Source: Adineta vaga
Lineage: Eukaryota; Animalia; Rotifera
Length of the DNA: 64,000 nt
Reading direction: 5' to 3'
NCBI GenBank assembly: GCA_021613535.1
Contig: CP075495.1
Location: 3,596,001-3,660,000, forward strand
A program made the position numbers and the translations under genes. Each line of letters starts with the position of its first letter. The first letter of the stretch is position 1. The notes beneath the pieces were generated by a model, which had not been told where the DNA came from, searched no databases, and saw only the letters and a list, made by a program, of their open reading frames with translations. Below are positions 39,803-57,200 of this stretch, in pieces.

Positions 39803-41065
39803 ATGAGTTCTTCTACACCTTGCTTATCAATATCTGTACTGTCGAATAATCTTATACAATACTCATCAGGTTCGATTCCAATCTCTTCAATTGAACTTAA
39901 TTTAAAACAAACTTTACTCGGTGGACAATCATTTCGGTAAAAATTTCTTTTAGAATGTTTCATTTGATTTTGATTTTTATTAAAATAAGCTGGTTTGAAC
40001 AATCATCCAATGAATTTATTGGTGTTCTTTATTCCTATATCATTCGTTTACAATATGAAAATGAAAATCTTCATTATAAATTTTATATTAATACAAATTT
40101 AAACTGTCAATTGAATGAATGTGATCGTGACAAAGAAAGTCGATCAATTCTATATAATTATTTTCAATTATCAATAAAACTTGATGATTTATTACAACAA
40201 TGGTGTCAATCAGATAAACGTTTTCAAAATCAACAAATACCATCGGGTATTCGAGTATTAGATCAAGATCCTTTAGAAAATTTAATATGTTTCATATGTT
40301 CAACTAATAATAATGTTCAACGTATTACAAAAATGATCAAAATACTTGCAGAAACCTATGGAAAAGAAATAGGTACATTAAATGGAATAACTTATCATCA
40401 ATTTCCAACACTTGGTATAATACAGAGACAAAAAAATGTTCCTTTCCATATTAATTCTAATGTGTTTAGATGAACTTGATCGAGTAGATCTTGAAAAAAA
40501 TCTACGAAATTTAAGTTTCGGTTATCGTGCACGATATATTCATCAAGCAATTCAATATCTTAAATATACTATTAATGATACAGATTACTTCAATCGATTA
40601 AAATCTTTATCTGTAACTGATGCACGTAAAGAATTATTAAAAATTATGGGCGTTGGTCGAAAAGTAAGGCAAACTAGAGTATCTTTCAATTTTTAATCTC
40701 TCGATTATTATTAGGTAGCAGATTGTGTTCTATTGATGTCATTAGGAAAACAAGATGTCGTACCAGTAGATACTCATATACATTCAATAGCAGTCACCCA
40801 TTACGGACAAAAGAATAAATTACAATTGACAACAAGTAATTACGATGATATTTCAACATTTTTCCAAGAACTTTGGAAACCATATGCTGGTTGGGCACAA
40901 GCTGTAAGTGCTTCTTGATAGTAGAAATTATCTTTAAGAATTTGATTTAATTAGGCTGCTTTTTCTAATGAACTTCGTTCAACAACAAAAATTCAATCTT
41001 CGAAACGTTCAAAGAAGAATTCATCGAAAATGAATAATGATTGTAAATTTCTAAAAGAATCTTAA
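39803..41065 (+). CDS. OGG1: 8-oxoguanine DNA glycosylase
   Basis: ELNLKQTLLGGQSF, GIRVLDQDPLENLICFICSTNNNVQRI, FGYRARY, HhH GVGRK|VADC, VPVDTH and YAGWAQ. Catalytic Lys and Asp are present. Confidence 0.96.
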
Positions 41066-42075
41066 ATGATTTCTTCCATGTATCTATTTGGTTGTTTTTC
41101 CTTAGTATTTATATACAAAATCTGGAATATTCTTTCCGTTCTCTGGTATTTGTTTGCTAAGAGTAGAACGAGACAGAGAGAGGGAGGGAGAGAAAAAAAC
41201 TAGAATTTGGTCGTAGAGTAAGCGAAGAGGATGTTTTTCTTTTTTTGCTTGTCGTCTTCGATCGAGGAAAACATATGTTCGAGAGCGATTCAAATTACAA
41301 GAGCGTTGTTTTTTATTAAGACCAAAAAAAACATGATTAGTTTTTTTTTTGGTCTTGCTATAATGGAAAAGCTTAGTAGGGCGAGAAAAATAGAAGATAA
41401 ATATATATGAAATTCAATTAAGTGAATATATGCATGAGCAAGAAATCGATCTTTAGATGTTTTTTTGTTTTCGACAAAGAATATTAACCGTAATCTTTCG
41501 TATGAAAGTTTGCTTTTTTCTTCTTCTTTCTCTTCTATCTCGATTTAGTTAGAATAATAAATTTTTTATGATTATTTGATCTCGACAAGTATTCTTTTCG
41601 AAGCGAATAGAATTTGAAAAAAAGAAAAGTGTGACCTATTTTTGTTATTTCCGAGATCGAAACATACTTCGAGCTAATTGTCATTATTTATTTATGTGTT
41701 CGGAAGAAAAAAAACAAAGTTTTCCTTCTTTCATTTTAAATTAAGTCATTGAATATAATTTTTTTCTTAATAAAATTTGATCAAAAGAATCGATCAATCT
41801 TTGCCGTTTTGCTATAATAGTTATCTGCCGTCAACTTGCGCACTCTATCAACATCTTTCGCACTATTAGTTCAAAAACAGAACAGCTTGTCAATTATTAT
41901 TTATTATTTATTATTTATTTGTCATCGGCGCTATCAGATTGGATAAAGGACGACATTTCTGATCGGAAAAAAAACGGAATAACAAAATCTAAAGTTTTCT
42001 TTATTTCAGATGTAATTTTGTTTCTTCAATGAACGTGTTTTTCTCAATGAACGATAGAACAACAAGTTCATAGAA

Positions 42076-45000
42076 ATGACAAGTCGAATAAAATTACCAT
42101 TCAAATTAGGCGATTCGAAAAAAATAACTGAAATCGATATAAATGAACCATTGAAGAAAGATGATTTTTCCCTAAGTGAAGTAAGATAATGGAAAAATCT
42201 TTCTTTCCAATTCAATAATTCATTCCTAGATTGTTCGATATGGTTTTCCTTATCGACCAACAACACTTGCTTATGATCCTGTTCAAAAAGTTCTTGCCAT
42301 TGGAACAAAAAATGGAATTATTAAAATGTAAGATTAAGATTTCTTTGATTAATTAAGATATCAACTGATCTTCTGAATAGTTATGGTGGTGCATTTGTTG
42401 AATGTTCACTTGAACATCCAAGTGAAATCGAAATTGTTCAATTAGTATTTCGTATTAATGAAGTAAGTTTATTTTTGTATGAAATTCATATTGATCTGAT
42501 TGTTTATTTATTTTTTCTTTTTTTTAAAGGGAGCATTGATTAGTGCATGCCGGGATAATTATATTCATTTATGGAATTTACGACAGAAGAAACCTGTCAT
42601 TGCTAGTTCACTTCGATTTGTTAAAGAGAAGTAGGTTAAATCAAATATTTGAAAATCATTTTCATTTATTTTCATTTTATTTTCTTTTAGAATCAGTCGT
42701 TGTTTCTTACCACTTGCATTTAATTCGAAATGGTTAATGGTTGGAACATATTGTGGAAATGTTTATGTCGTTAATTTGGATACATTTACACTTTCATCAT
42801 ATAAAATTATGTGGAATAATGCAATTGGAATGTAAGGATAATAATCCGATAATGAATGCAAATGATTTTTTTTTCTCTCTTTGTTCTATAGGGGTAAAAG
42901 TTCTCATCCAGGAGTTGTCGTTGATTTATGTCAAAATCCTGATGATCCGACACGCGTAAGATAATTTCATTATATCATTGAATATGTTCAATCAACGGAA
43001 ACGAATTTTTTTCGTATCCGGGAATGTGACTTTGTTCAGTTAATGAAAACGAAGATAAATTCAATGAACATCGAGTTTTTATCTTCTTTCTTTTTCCTAC
43101 TGAAGATTAAATATTTAATAATAGATAAGTATTCGACACTAGTCAAATAAGAAGTACTCTTCAAGATATTACTGTCTTCATCAGATACTTGAAAAATACA
43201 TCTCAGATACTTAGAATGAAACATACTATTTACTTCTTTCTTACATAGAAATCATCATATAGTACCGGAAGTACAAGATCTTCAATAAAGATAAAGTAGA
43301 CAACTGTATAACTGGATTTTGTTTCATATTGAAAAAATTCTTCTTTCGTACATTAATTCTTAATATGTTTATGGATCAAGGTTTTGAATGTGAATGATCG
43401 TTTGAGAAAGAAAAATGTTCTTAATTGTATTGACATTGATTCTGATTGGTTGGAAACTGATTGAAATACATTAAATGAATTTTTCTTTTAATCTTTTAGT
43501 TATATATTGGATTTAGTACACATTTATCATCACCAAATAGTGTACCTGTTGGTCATGTGATTTGTTGGAATTTACAACAGAAAACATCGGAAAGTGTTTA
43601 TAGTTTATCTCAAGTAAAACATTTTTGTTAATAAACGTGAAAATAGCACAAGAATTTTATATCTAGGGTTTAACATCTCTTTCCTGGCATTATGAAGGTC
43701 GACAATTTATGTGTTCACATTGTGATGGTTCACTTTCTGTATGGAATCTTCGAGCTAATGATAAACCTGTTAGCGTTAACTATCCACATAGTAAATGACA
43801 ACATTGTTCATATAGAAATGAAAAAAAAAACTTGATATCGTACTTTGTTTCTAGCACGTATTTGTAAAGATGAATCATCAAAATTTGGTCCTGTTTCAAA
43901 AGTTATTTGGAGTGCTGTTAAAAGCTCGTATGTTGTTTTGTTGTCTTGTTTAGTATTTAGATTGATCATTAATACATTTCTAGTGGCGATTCATTTGTCA
44001 TCTTTTCTGGTGGAATGCCACAACAAACTGATCATCAACAGAGTTCATCAAAACCTTCATCATATTTTTTAACGATACTTCGTGGTCAATCAACTAATGT
44101 TTTACATATGGATAATTCTATTATTGACTTTCATGTCATTACACCATCACCACATATTGCTGGTTTGTTTGAAAGATTGTTTTTTATTGTTGTCATAAGC
44201 AATTGTAATTCTTTCAGATGTCCCAGATGCATTGGCAGTCGTTGTTCTACTTGAAAATGATCTTGTTGTCATCGATTTAAAAACCGAAAAGTAAGAACAT
44301 GAAAAAAAACAAACAAATATGTTTTTGTAATTCGTTAATTGTTCATTCTATTTAGTTATCCATTGTTTGAAAGTCTTCATACATTAGATCTACATGAATC
44401 ACCAATAACATATTGTGATTATATAACAGAACCAAATACAAATTTCTATCAAAATCTTCTTCGTTTACAAGCTAAACAAACAACAAAACGAACTTATAGT
44501 CAATTAGTAAATTACCTTTCGTTTTCTTTGAATTGATAGAATAAAAAAATGTTGTTTTTCTTTTAATTAAAATAGGAAAATCCAATATCAGGTGGTCGAT
44601 CTGGTTCGACAATTTTTGGTTATAATGAATTAATTATTACTGGGTAAGAAGAAGAAGAAGAAGATGACTATTTCTGATCATCCATCTTTTTTATAATAGA
44701 CATGCGGATGGTTCAATAAAATTCTGGGATGCATCTGGTTGTAATCTTGTATTTCTTTATAAATTACGTACGAATCGTTTATTTGATCGTATTCAAGTTA
44801 ATACACCAACTCCGTCACAGCCAACAAACACAAATTCATCGAAAGAAATCAATTCAAATATCAAATTTGATACGAAATCGACTCGTACAAATAGCAATAC
44901 AAATGATGAACAATTACAACAAATTTTATTAAGTGATGATAATCCATTTAGTATTTATTCAATAAAAATGTGTTGTGATGGAAAATATCTTATCGCAGCT

Positions 45001-48000
45001 GGACGTGGTGGACATGTGACATTATTTAAATTTACGGGCTCAGAATTAGATAAAGCTGATGAAGGTTTAGGTGATTTAGCATGTTTAGAAGTACCGATCT
45101 TTCATCGAAATTTATCGAGTAATCATGATGATATGAATTCAACAACGAATAGTTCAATATTAAATGATTTACAAGCTATTGCAATTAAACAAAATCTTGA
45201 GAAAAAAGTCAGAAAAACACGAATAAAATTTGTTTTTCATTTTTTGTGTTGATTTATTTTTCAGGAACTTAAAAGTTTACTTCGAGCAAAAAGAGGTTAC
45301 CGAAGAATGGCTGGTTATCAACCTGAACTTGTTTGTTTATTATCATGGTTACCAACTGATAAAGTCCCACTTCTAACTGATATTTCAATCAATTCCAAAT
45401 ATGGATTGTATGATGTCTTTTTTTTTCTTCAATTCAAATATATTTGATTGTTTCTTCACGTTTCTTAGATTAATATTTGGACTTGAAAATGGTCTCGTTG
45501 TTATTGATTTTCTAAGTCAATTTATTTTAATGAATATGGCTACAGCAGATCTTTATGGAACAATGGATCCATTTCAACGTGCAACATCGTCACCAAAACG
45601 TCGTGGTACATCGAATGAATCAAATAATGATGATTCTAATACATTCTCTTATGAATATCAGGTAAAATTCTTGTTTCATTTCGTCATTTTTTGCAGAACA
45701 AAAAAAACATACACATACATGAAAGAACAAAAGAATAATTTTATATTCTATATCTAGCAGCGATCATTATCACCTAATTCAGGACAACTATCGAATATAT
45801 TTTCTTTTAATAATCTCGAAGATAATTTTTCTAAAAATCATTTACAACCATTTGATCAATATACAACACAAATCTATCGTTCACGTTCAATTGAATCGAT
45901 GTCAAATATCGATCCAAATTTATTGGTAAATTATCCGGATGAAAAAACATTTTCATCAAATAATCCGACATTAGCAAAAACCTTTCGAACAATACGTAAA
46001 CATTTAACACGGACATCAAACAATGAAAATGAACTAAATCATCTTCCTGAAGATTTTCATTCAAATTTTCCCAAACAAACAATAACAACGGTGACAATTA
46101 AACGAACAATACCAAACGATAAAGCATTAACAACATTTGAAAATGAATTTAAGAGTCAATTATCATCTTCAAATGAATCCTATCCAACATTTGAATATCT
46201 CAAAGATAAATTTCCGAAACAAAAAACCGAATTTTATCAACAATCAACTGCTAATAAACAAGCAGTTTCAACAACATATACAACATATCATACGCATACT
46301 GTTACAGTTCATAGTAATTCGGGTGCGCGCAAGCATTCATTGGTTTCGTGATAAGCATGTGTTTGATACAATTATAGCATTGAAAGAATCTTTGCACGAA
46401 ATATTATATACGCGAGAAAAAGAAAGCATTTTTGAGGAATGATTTTTTCATCACTATATTCTTCTAGCCATCCTCACCTCCTACAAATACATCGAATCTA
46501 ACTGAAAAACGAACACACGCTCAATCGATTGATACTAATTCAGCAGTTTGTAAGTTTCTTATTCGATATCGTATAAAATGAGAACTCCTTTTGGTGTTGT
46601 TCAACGTCATATCATTGTCAAGTTAATTGCTTTGCTTTTGTCGTATCTTTCGCATGCGTGTCATAAAATTCTATAAATTAAAAGAATTTGAAAGAAAAAG
46701 ATAAGAAATCTGTTTTGATTCATTTAGACAAACCATTGGTTATTGATCTTCCACGTTCGTCAAGTACATCTAGTTTGGACAATATAATTACAAATGAAAG
46801 TGTTTGTGCTATTCAATTTTCGGAATCATTTCCGTACAAAAATGGTTTGTTTTCTTTTGGAATGAACAGAAACTAAATGACATATTTATTTCTACACAGA
46901 TTTTACTATTTCACCAAGTGTTTGGCTTGGTACAAGTACCGGTTCTGTTATTGTTATTAATTTAAATATTATTTTTGAACCAAGAAATATTAGTGGTATG
47001 TTATTTACTCTAATTTCACAATCATTTTTATTGAAAACTATCTATTTAGTTGTCCCGAGTGGAACTGTATTTCGATTAACTGGCCGAATTTTACATATTT
47101 CTTTTCTTGATCATAAAGGAGCGATTATACCAACACCGAGTGAAAAATGGGAAGCAAAAAGTAAATGAAATTTGTATTACAAATCTTTTCTTTCTCTTCT
47201 AATACGATTGCTTTTTTTTCTCTTTCATCAGAAACAAAAACAAATCGATTGATCGATGGTACTCAAGATTTAAATTCATCATCAATTGTCTTACCAACTG
47301 GTAATTCTGTGCTTACTGCAACAACGAGTATTCCTTCAAATAATATTCAATATGCTGTCTTTTGTTCATCTAAAGAAGCTCGAGTAAATTATTTTCGGAA
47401 ATTAGTTCATTCATTGCTCATCATTTAACCTTCATAGGTTATTTCATTACCATCACAAGTGTCAATATCCAAACAAAAGATCTATGATTCACTGGGTTCA
47501 TCAGCATCGAATATAATGCGTGCAGCCGTTGTTAAAATAGCTGGTAAGATTATTCAAAAAAACAATGAATTTTAATCATCTATTTATGTATTTACAGGTG
47601 CTGCTTGTTTAACATGTTATTTAGCTGCTGGTCGTATACATGTTTATAGTTTACCAAGTTTACGTGAATTATTTACTACGACTCTTGATCCTGTGATCGA
47701 TTCATGGAGGTAAGAAATTTGAAGGAATGTAGACGACAGATTATCATCGAATGATTGTATTTAGATCAATGATAGGTTTATCATTTACATTTACCAATCG
47801 TGGCCATGGATTATTTATGTGTTCACCAACAGAAATTCAAAAGATAACGATTTCTTCTGATGTGAAGTATGTTGCAATGGAATTCTTTTTCAGACATACG
47901 AATGAAATGAATTTCTTTCAGAGAACAAATCAATGAAATGTTATGCGAATTGTATAGTCCAGCAATATTAATGCCTGAAGCACCGAAACAAAATTTCTTT

Positions 48001-48433
48001 GCAAAATTATTTGCTTCAAATGCTATAATTGATTCCGATCAATTATGTAAATATGAATAAAATGAAAAAAAAAGTCTTCTTATCTTGTTTGTTTCTAGTT
48101 GGTGAAGCAGCTGGAAAAGCTCCGGCTGGTGTTATTCAAAGGGAACATGTTAATCCTAATATAAATCAATTACGTGGTAATACAGATTCAGCAGCTAGTA
48201 CTATACATGATACTCGAATGGTATGAGACATCGAATGAATTGATATGAAATTGAGAATATTTTTTTGTTTTGATTAGAAATTATTGGAGCGTGGTCAAAA
48301 ATTAAATGAAGTTGAATTAGCATCGAAACAAATGGCAGATCGTGCTGAAGAATTTTCTAGTTTAACAAATAAAGTTATGTTAAAACAAAAAGAAAAAGCT
48401 GAATGGTCATGGCCATTTACGTCAAAAAAATAG
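42076..48433 (+). CDS. STXBP5: Tomosyn / syntaxin-binding protein 5 (LGL family)
   Basis: RYGFPYRPTTLAYDPVQKVLAIGT, LSWHYEGRQFMCSHCDGSL, LDLHESPIT, ITGHADGSIKFWD, C-terminal R-SNARE LLERGQKLNEVELASKQMADRAEEF. Confidence 0.93.
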
Positions 48434-48973
48434 TGATTTCCTGCGTTTTTATTTTCTTCAAACTTTTATTTATTCTCTTTTGCTCGCTCGTTCTCGTGTT
48501 TTTCTTTTTCCTAACTTTTACATGAGTGCAATATATCCTTGTTTGTTTATCCTCTATTTAGTAGAACGTCAAGTTGTTCTCTCTTTATTCTTATTGTTGT
48601 TGTGTATGTGGATATATTTGTTCGCGATCGATACATGCAATAATTCTTCACAGATCACACATTATATGTTACTTTTCTATTCGGATTTCTAAGTAGAACA
48701 GTGACTTACTTTTCATACATTTCAATATCAATGTGTGAATATGAAAGAATCTTATCTTTGATAAAAAAAAACACTACTGTTTACTTTTGTTTTGACCTGA
48801 GTTTTTTCTTGTTCAAATGAAGATCTAATATATTTATACAAAGAAAAACCTCTCTTTCTCTCTCTCTCTCTTTCCTTTGAATTTGTATGCCCTTATTGTA
48901 TTTTTATTGATGTTTTAAAGAAAATAACAACTCATCTTTTTATTCGTATGCGCATTCAATAAAGTGGGATTAT

Positions 48974-49855
48974 TTATTTTAAAAATTTCGGATCAATAAC
49001 AAATGAAAATTCATCGAATTTATATTCATTGTATAAATCATCATCTGTTTTTCTAGCAGTAATATTTCCTTCTTTGATCATTTTCATCGCATCTAAAGTC
49101 TTGACGAATAATTGCGGATCAACATTAGGAATATTGTGTGATGGAATGATTAATTCAACGTTATTAGTTTTTATAATACGGATTAATTTCTCTAATGATT
49201 TGATATAATCTTCTAAATTTGTTTCCGGACGGTAGAGATAAATAGGTCCGGGATAAAATATATCTCCAACAAATAAAAGTCGATTTTGTGTGTCTAATAA
49301 TGAAATTGAATCCGGTGTATGGCCAGGTGTAGAAATCACGAGAATCTTTTGTTCGTTGCCTAGATCAATAATATCACCATCGGAAATATATTGACTGAAT
49401 TGAAAGGATTTTATTCGATAAGTGATCGGATCGAAATCTTTTGGAATATGTTCTTTAGAAATCATTTCATCTTGAACTTCATTTTGTGCTTGTGTGAAAA
49501 GATCATGTTCATTCTTTTGAGAAAATTCACAATTCATACCAATTAAACAGGATTGAAAACGCCAATTATCACCAATATGATCATGATGTGTATGTGTATT
49601 GATAACAATTAATGGTACAGATGAAAGTTCTTCAACAACTTTCTTCATATTTCCAATACCCAATCCAGTATCAATAAGTAGAGATTTTTGTGTGCCAACA
49701 ATTAGATAAGAAATAACTTCTTCATATTGATAGGGTTCGTAAATAGCGAAAATATTGCGACGTATTTCATAGATTTGAAACCATGATTGACTAGTAGTTA
49801 TTCGTTGAAATGAAGAATATTGAGGACGAGGAAGTTTATCGAACCATGAAAACAT
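48974..49855 (-). CDS. Metallo-beta-lactamase-fold hydrolase, bacterial type, intronless
   Basis: LLIDTG, NTHTHHDHIG (HxHxDH), TPGHTPDS, LFVGD and PSHN give a complete metal ligand set. Confidence 0.92.
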   Translation of the reverse strand: MFSWFDKLPRPQYSSFQRITTSQSWFQIYEIRRNIFAIYEPYQYEEVISYLIVGTQKSLLIDTGLGIGNMKKVVEELSSVPLIVINTHTHHDHIGDNWRFQSCLIGMNCEFSQKNEHDLFTQAQNEVQDEMISKEHIPKDFDPITYRIKSFQFSQYISDGDIIDLGNEQKILVISTPGHTPDSISLLDTQNRLLFVGDIFYPGPIYLYRPETNLEDYIKSLEKLIRIIKTNNVELIIPSHNIPNVDPQLFVKTLDAMKMIKEGNITARKTDDDLYNEYKFDEFSFVIDPKFLK

Positions 49856-50155
49856 TATCTAATTGCAATAATCAGAATATTATCGTTATTTTTTGAATCA
49901 ATTGAAAATCTTAATTTTATTCGATGAACTAAACTAATCAAATAAGAATTGTATACTTTTCAATATTAGTTATATTTCTGACAATTATTATGAATTTTTT
50001 ATTAAATGTTTCTTCACGATACGTGTAGATTCACAAATTATACGTACGAATAATCACTTAAGGAGATAAAAATAGAATATGATATTATGAAACGAAAAAG
50101 AATCACAAATGAATGAAGAAAGAACAGAAAAGAACAAAGCATCATGTAATCTTAT

Positions 50156-52779
<2,624 letters not shown>

Positions 52780-52900
52780 CGTACGACGTATACGCACTGA
52801 TTAAAAATATAGATTTTATCAATATTATAGAGTATATTTGATTCGCATGAAAGACTTCGAATGGCTTATTGGGAAAAAAAGCGTAGGAAGTCTAATATAA

Positions 52901-53383
52901 TCATACCGATAGATTGCGGGCCAAAATCGTCTCCTGTTTATCGTTAATAACTGATCTTGTCGTTTGATTTTGTTTTATTAAATGATCAATAGTTTCACTA
53001 AGTTTATCTCCGAAATGATCTTCATTATGAATAATATGTAATGATAAATTATGTGTTGAAATTAAATTCATTAGCGAATTCCATTCAATACAATCCGATG
53101 ATGATTGGATGAGAAGAATGAGATTGATTACCGAAGAAGAATGTTGATCAAGAAATGATAATAACTCAGGTAATGATGTTGATACATTTGTACAACAACA
53201 AATAATCGATGGTGATGGAAAAGAATGTGAAAGATCAATTTGTAGCTTTTGATTGAGATTTAATTTAATAAATGTTGATGATGATGATGGTTGTTGAATA
53301 AAATGTTCTTTCTGTAGAATTTTACCAACGAATACTGCATCATCAGTATTGATTCGACAGTGGAATACAGGTATCGATGACAT
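52901..53383 (-). CDS. 160-aa alpha/beta ORF immediately upstream of PAPSS (separate gene or alternative first exon)
   Basis: ATG-started 160-codon ORF ending in a donor-like TCG|GTATGA. Family uncertain. Confidence 0.55.
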   Translation of the reverse strand: MSSIPVFHCRINTDDAVFVGKILQKEHFIQQPSSSSTFIKLNLNQKLQIDLSHSFPSPSIICCCTNVSTSLPELLSFLDQHSSSVINLILLIQSSSDCIEWNSLMNLISTHNLSLHIIHNEDHFGDKLSETIDHLIKQNQTTRSVINDKQETILARNLSV

Positions 53384-54234
53384 TTGAAATAAAACTTGTT
53401 CAGGTATATTAATGTGGAATGTGATTGAATTGATTTGATTTATAGATCAGACAGACCAGCAACTTCATTCATTCATTCAGTAATTCCGTATGAATGGTTC
53501 CAAGCAAATAACCAATTTGCATTTACTCAAACAGATGTCACAAACTTATTTTCTTTCATACAATAGGAAACAAAAAAAAAAGAAAATTTGCTTTCCTAAC
53601 AATCTATCTTAAAAATGAAAATATTTTTAATTTGATAACCATACAATTCGCGTACAAACATCAATTAATCACTTGTTTTCCATTATCTGTATATACAAAT
53701 GATAGACGATAACGAAATATTCATTAAGTCATGAATCTTACAAAAGGTACTGTCAAAAAATGTGTACGACTGACGATGTTTAATTCTGCAAAAACGAACT
53801 CAATCTTTTCTCATTCTTAGTAAATTATGACAGAACATGTCCTAATTGCATACGATATATCATTTAGCGTACCTACAAACATTTTCTCATTAGACACAAT
53901 TTATATAAAGAGAAACATATCTGCGACTCACTTTCTTTTCACATGATCTAAAGTCATTCATTGAAATATCATATCACGCAAAAGAATTATTTTCATATAT
54001 GTCAATCGAACTTCTCATTCAATCATATGAACTCTTCGAAATCACGATGAAAAAAAGAAACGAATGTATTGTCGATTTGTTTTTTTTAAATAATAATAAA
54101 TTTCTTTCTCGATAATCTTTTGCAACATATGATGAATCTGAGAGAACGATTAGAACATAATACAGAAATCAACAAAAACTGAACTGAAAAATTCACTGTC
54201 TATAACCTTTATTTTTATTCTTTTAAATTGTTCT

Positions 54235-57200
54235 TTAAAGGATGTTAAATGTCTTTTTTAAATCAACCATTAATTGCCAATCAGATTTTTGCATATCATC
54301 ACGAAAATGATCTTTAACAACGTCGATTGTTTCTCGAGAAATCTAAATGAAACATAAAGTTTAATTTATTTTCTCATAAAACTATTCATCAATTTACTTT
54401 GCTTATTAAAAGATCATTTTCATCGAAATGTCGACCGAACATTTTTGGTGCTTCACCACCTGTCGATTCAATTTTAATACAAACTTCTGCACCTTTTCTT
54501 GCAATTTCCATTGGTTTATGATTTAATTCAATACTAACAATCCGTCCAAGGTCAATAAACTAAAGATAAAATCGTTTTATTTTTCTTTAATTATTTAATA
54601 TTTCATACTTCTTTGGATGGAACACAAATTGGTGTACCCAATTTAACAAAACCATCTTCAACAATGACACCACATATGATTGGATCACGTGAATTGAATA
54701 TGAATTGTGGTAAGACCTTTAATTTGCATGGAAATACCGCAAGATGTCGAAATTTTTCTTGATTTTCCTTTTTAACACGTTCACGATGAGCAATAAACAT
54801 ATCAAATAGATGATAAATGATATCAGCTTGAAAGATTTTCACACCTAATTGAAAACAAAATCAAATTTTGATAGCTTTGATTTCTTTCCTTGTCAATTAA
54901 TACCTACCAACACTATCTGCATGTTCTTGAGCATCTTTTTCAATTCTCACATCAAACGCTAACACAACAGCCCATCTAAATAATTGAAATAAATTGATGT
55001 CAATAGAAAATAAAGAAATCTTCTTTTTACTTACTGTGGATCTCGTTCTAATTGAGCTGATGATCGAATAATATCTTTCCGATGAACAGGTCCAATGTTA
55101 ATACCAGAATACTAGAAAAATTGACAAAGTTCACTAACAATGATATTCTTGAAACAAATCTTTCTTACGGGAATATTTGATGTTTTTAAGAATTCAAGTA
55201 AAGCTTCTAATGAACCTAATGTTGATGCTTGAACATAAACACCATTTTCTTTTAATTTGATTGAGCTAAGTGCAGTTTTAAGTATATTTTGAATTTCATT
55301 TTTGAAATAATCAACTTCATCGTCTTTTCGTCCAACAAATAACGGTAAACCAGCCATAGATTTTTCCAAATCTTTCGCGGCAATTTTAATACCACGAGCA
55401 GCTTTAACTGTTTTATAATTTTGATATTGATTCTAAAATTGATCAGATCAATCGAAAAACAAAATTCATCTATTTAAACATACGCGAACGCGAAGTTCTC
55501 GATTAGGTTCAGGCATAAGAAGACCACGAACTTGTGTTACAATAGGTCCTTCTTGACCGGCAACAATAATCGTATCACCAACATGTAAATGTCCATTCAC
55601 AAGAACAACATCAATCGTTGTACCAAGACCACCGATTGCTTTAACCTGAAAATGAAAGAGAATATATGAATAAAATATTTTGTTTCGTTAATGAAACTAA
55701 GAATATTCACCTCCATCACAGTTGCTTGTAATTCATCAGTATACGATAAACGTTTTGCTAGTGTTGTTTGACATTTTTCAATAATCATAGCAATTAATGA
55801 ACCCATTCCATCACCGGAATGTGCAGATGTTGGTACCATTGAATAAAACTCATTCGGATCAGGATTTTTATAATAAAGAGCAACGTTAAGACCCTAAGAA
55901 AATATTATTTTCAGTTTTGCGATATAAAAAATGGAAGCTAGTTTTATTACTTGTTCAGCAAATTGAACAATAACATCGTTGCAACGTTTTTCAAACTCAT
56001 TTCGTGTATTTTGTCCTTGTTCTTCAATAACAAGTTCAATATTTTTCTTATTATCACCTTTCCAATTATACAATCGATCAATCTAAATAAGCAAGAAAAG
56101 AGTCTTTTGTTTTTATACATTCATAAAAATTCATTTTTCTTCCAAACCTTATTCAGTGCAACAATGAATGGTGTTTTTCTGTCAATTAATAATTTAATTG
56201 ATTCGAGTGTTTGTGGTTCTAATCCATGCATTAAATCAACGACAAGAATAGCCAAATCACAAAGTGAGGAACCACGTGATCGTAAATTTTTGAAAGATTC
56301 GTGACCAGGTGTATCAATAATTAGAAGACCTGGAATAATATAATCACCTTCACGTGAAACTAATTTTCTACACATTTTCGTTCGTTCACGAATGGTTTCT
56401 AATGGAACATTTGTTGCACCAATCTGTTGTGTAATACCACCGGCTTCACCATCTTGGACATGCGTTCGACGGAGATTATCCAAAATTTTTGTTTTACCCG
56501 TATCGACATGACCCAAAACGCAGATAACAGGTGCACGAAGAACTTCGGTAGAACGACGACCTTCACATGTTACATGACGTTTTTGTAAACGACATCGTAC
56601 ACGTTCAAAAGGTGTCATTTGTTTAGTTTCTTCATCATCACTTGATGAACTTGTTTCATCAGATTCGTCGGAAGAAGATTCATCATCTGAAGATTCAGAA
56701 TCTGAACTTTGATTTGTTGCATTCTTCGCTGATGCCTCAGTAGTTGTTGCCACAGATGGTGTGGAAGTTTCAGATTGAAAATTATTGCGACTAGCTAGAA
56801 ATAACATGTTAGAGTGTGAAATACTGAATACGATATTTCTTACCTTCTGTTGATGGTGTTCGAGAATCTTCAACATTAGTAACTATTTCCTCTTCTTCTG
56901 ATTCTTGTTCCCAATCATCTTTCAAAGTATCCTCTTCCTAAAGATCATTACAATGAGAATAAAAATGATTTTTATCTACAAAGAAAATTTTTACTTTAGC
57001 TGGGAAGGACTTTTCTGTTTCACTTGGTGTTAGAGCTGTTTGTGATACTCGTGTAGTTGGTTCAGCATTATTTGCTTCTAAAGATAAAGATTGAAATTAC
57101 AAAACTTCATTTAACTTATAATAAATTATACGTTTAGCTGCATTTGTTTGATTTTTCTTTCGTCGATCATCGTAAACTACACGTTTTTTAGTCGGTTGTT

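Noticed and set aside
45899-46351. Independent nested gene inside tomosyn
   Set aside because: In frame with the upstream tomosyn exon through the 45758 acceptor; better explained as an alternative exon.
48974-49855. Antibiotic-resistance beta-lactamase or bacterial contamination
   Set aside because: The MBL fold alone does not give the substrate, and the gene has host-like composition and is flanked by intron-containing metazoan genes.
53400-54230. Possible ncRNA or mobile element in longer non-coding stretches (also introns near 5752-6023, 42956-43499 and 51650-51835)
   Set aside because: No terminal repeats, transposase fragments, convincing snoRNA box pairs or tRNA structure recognised by eye; an Infernal/Rfam scan would settle it.
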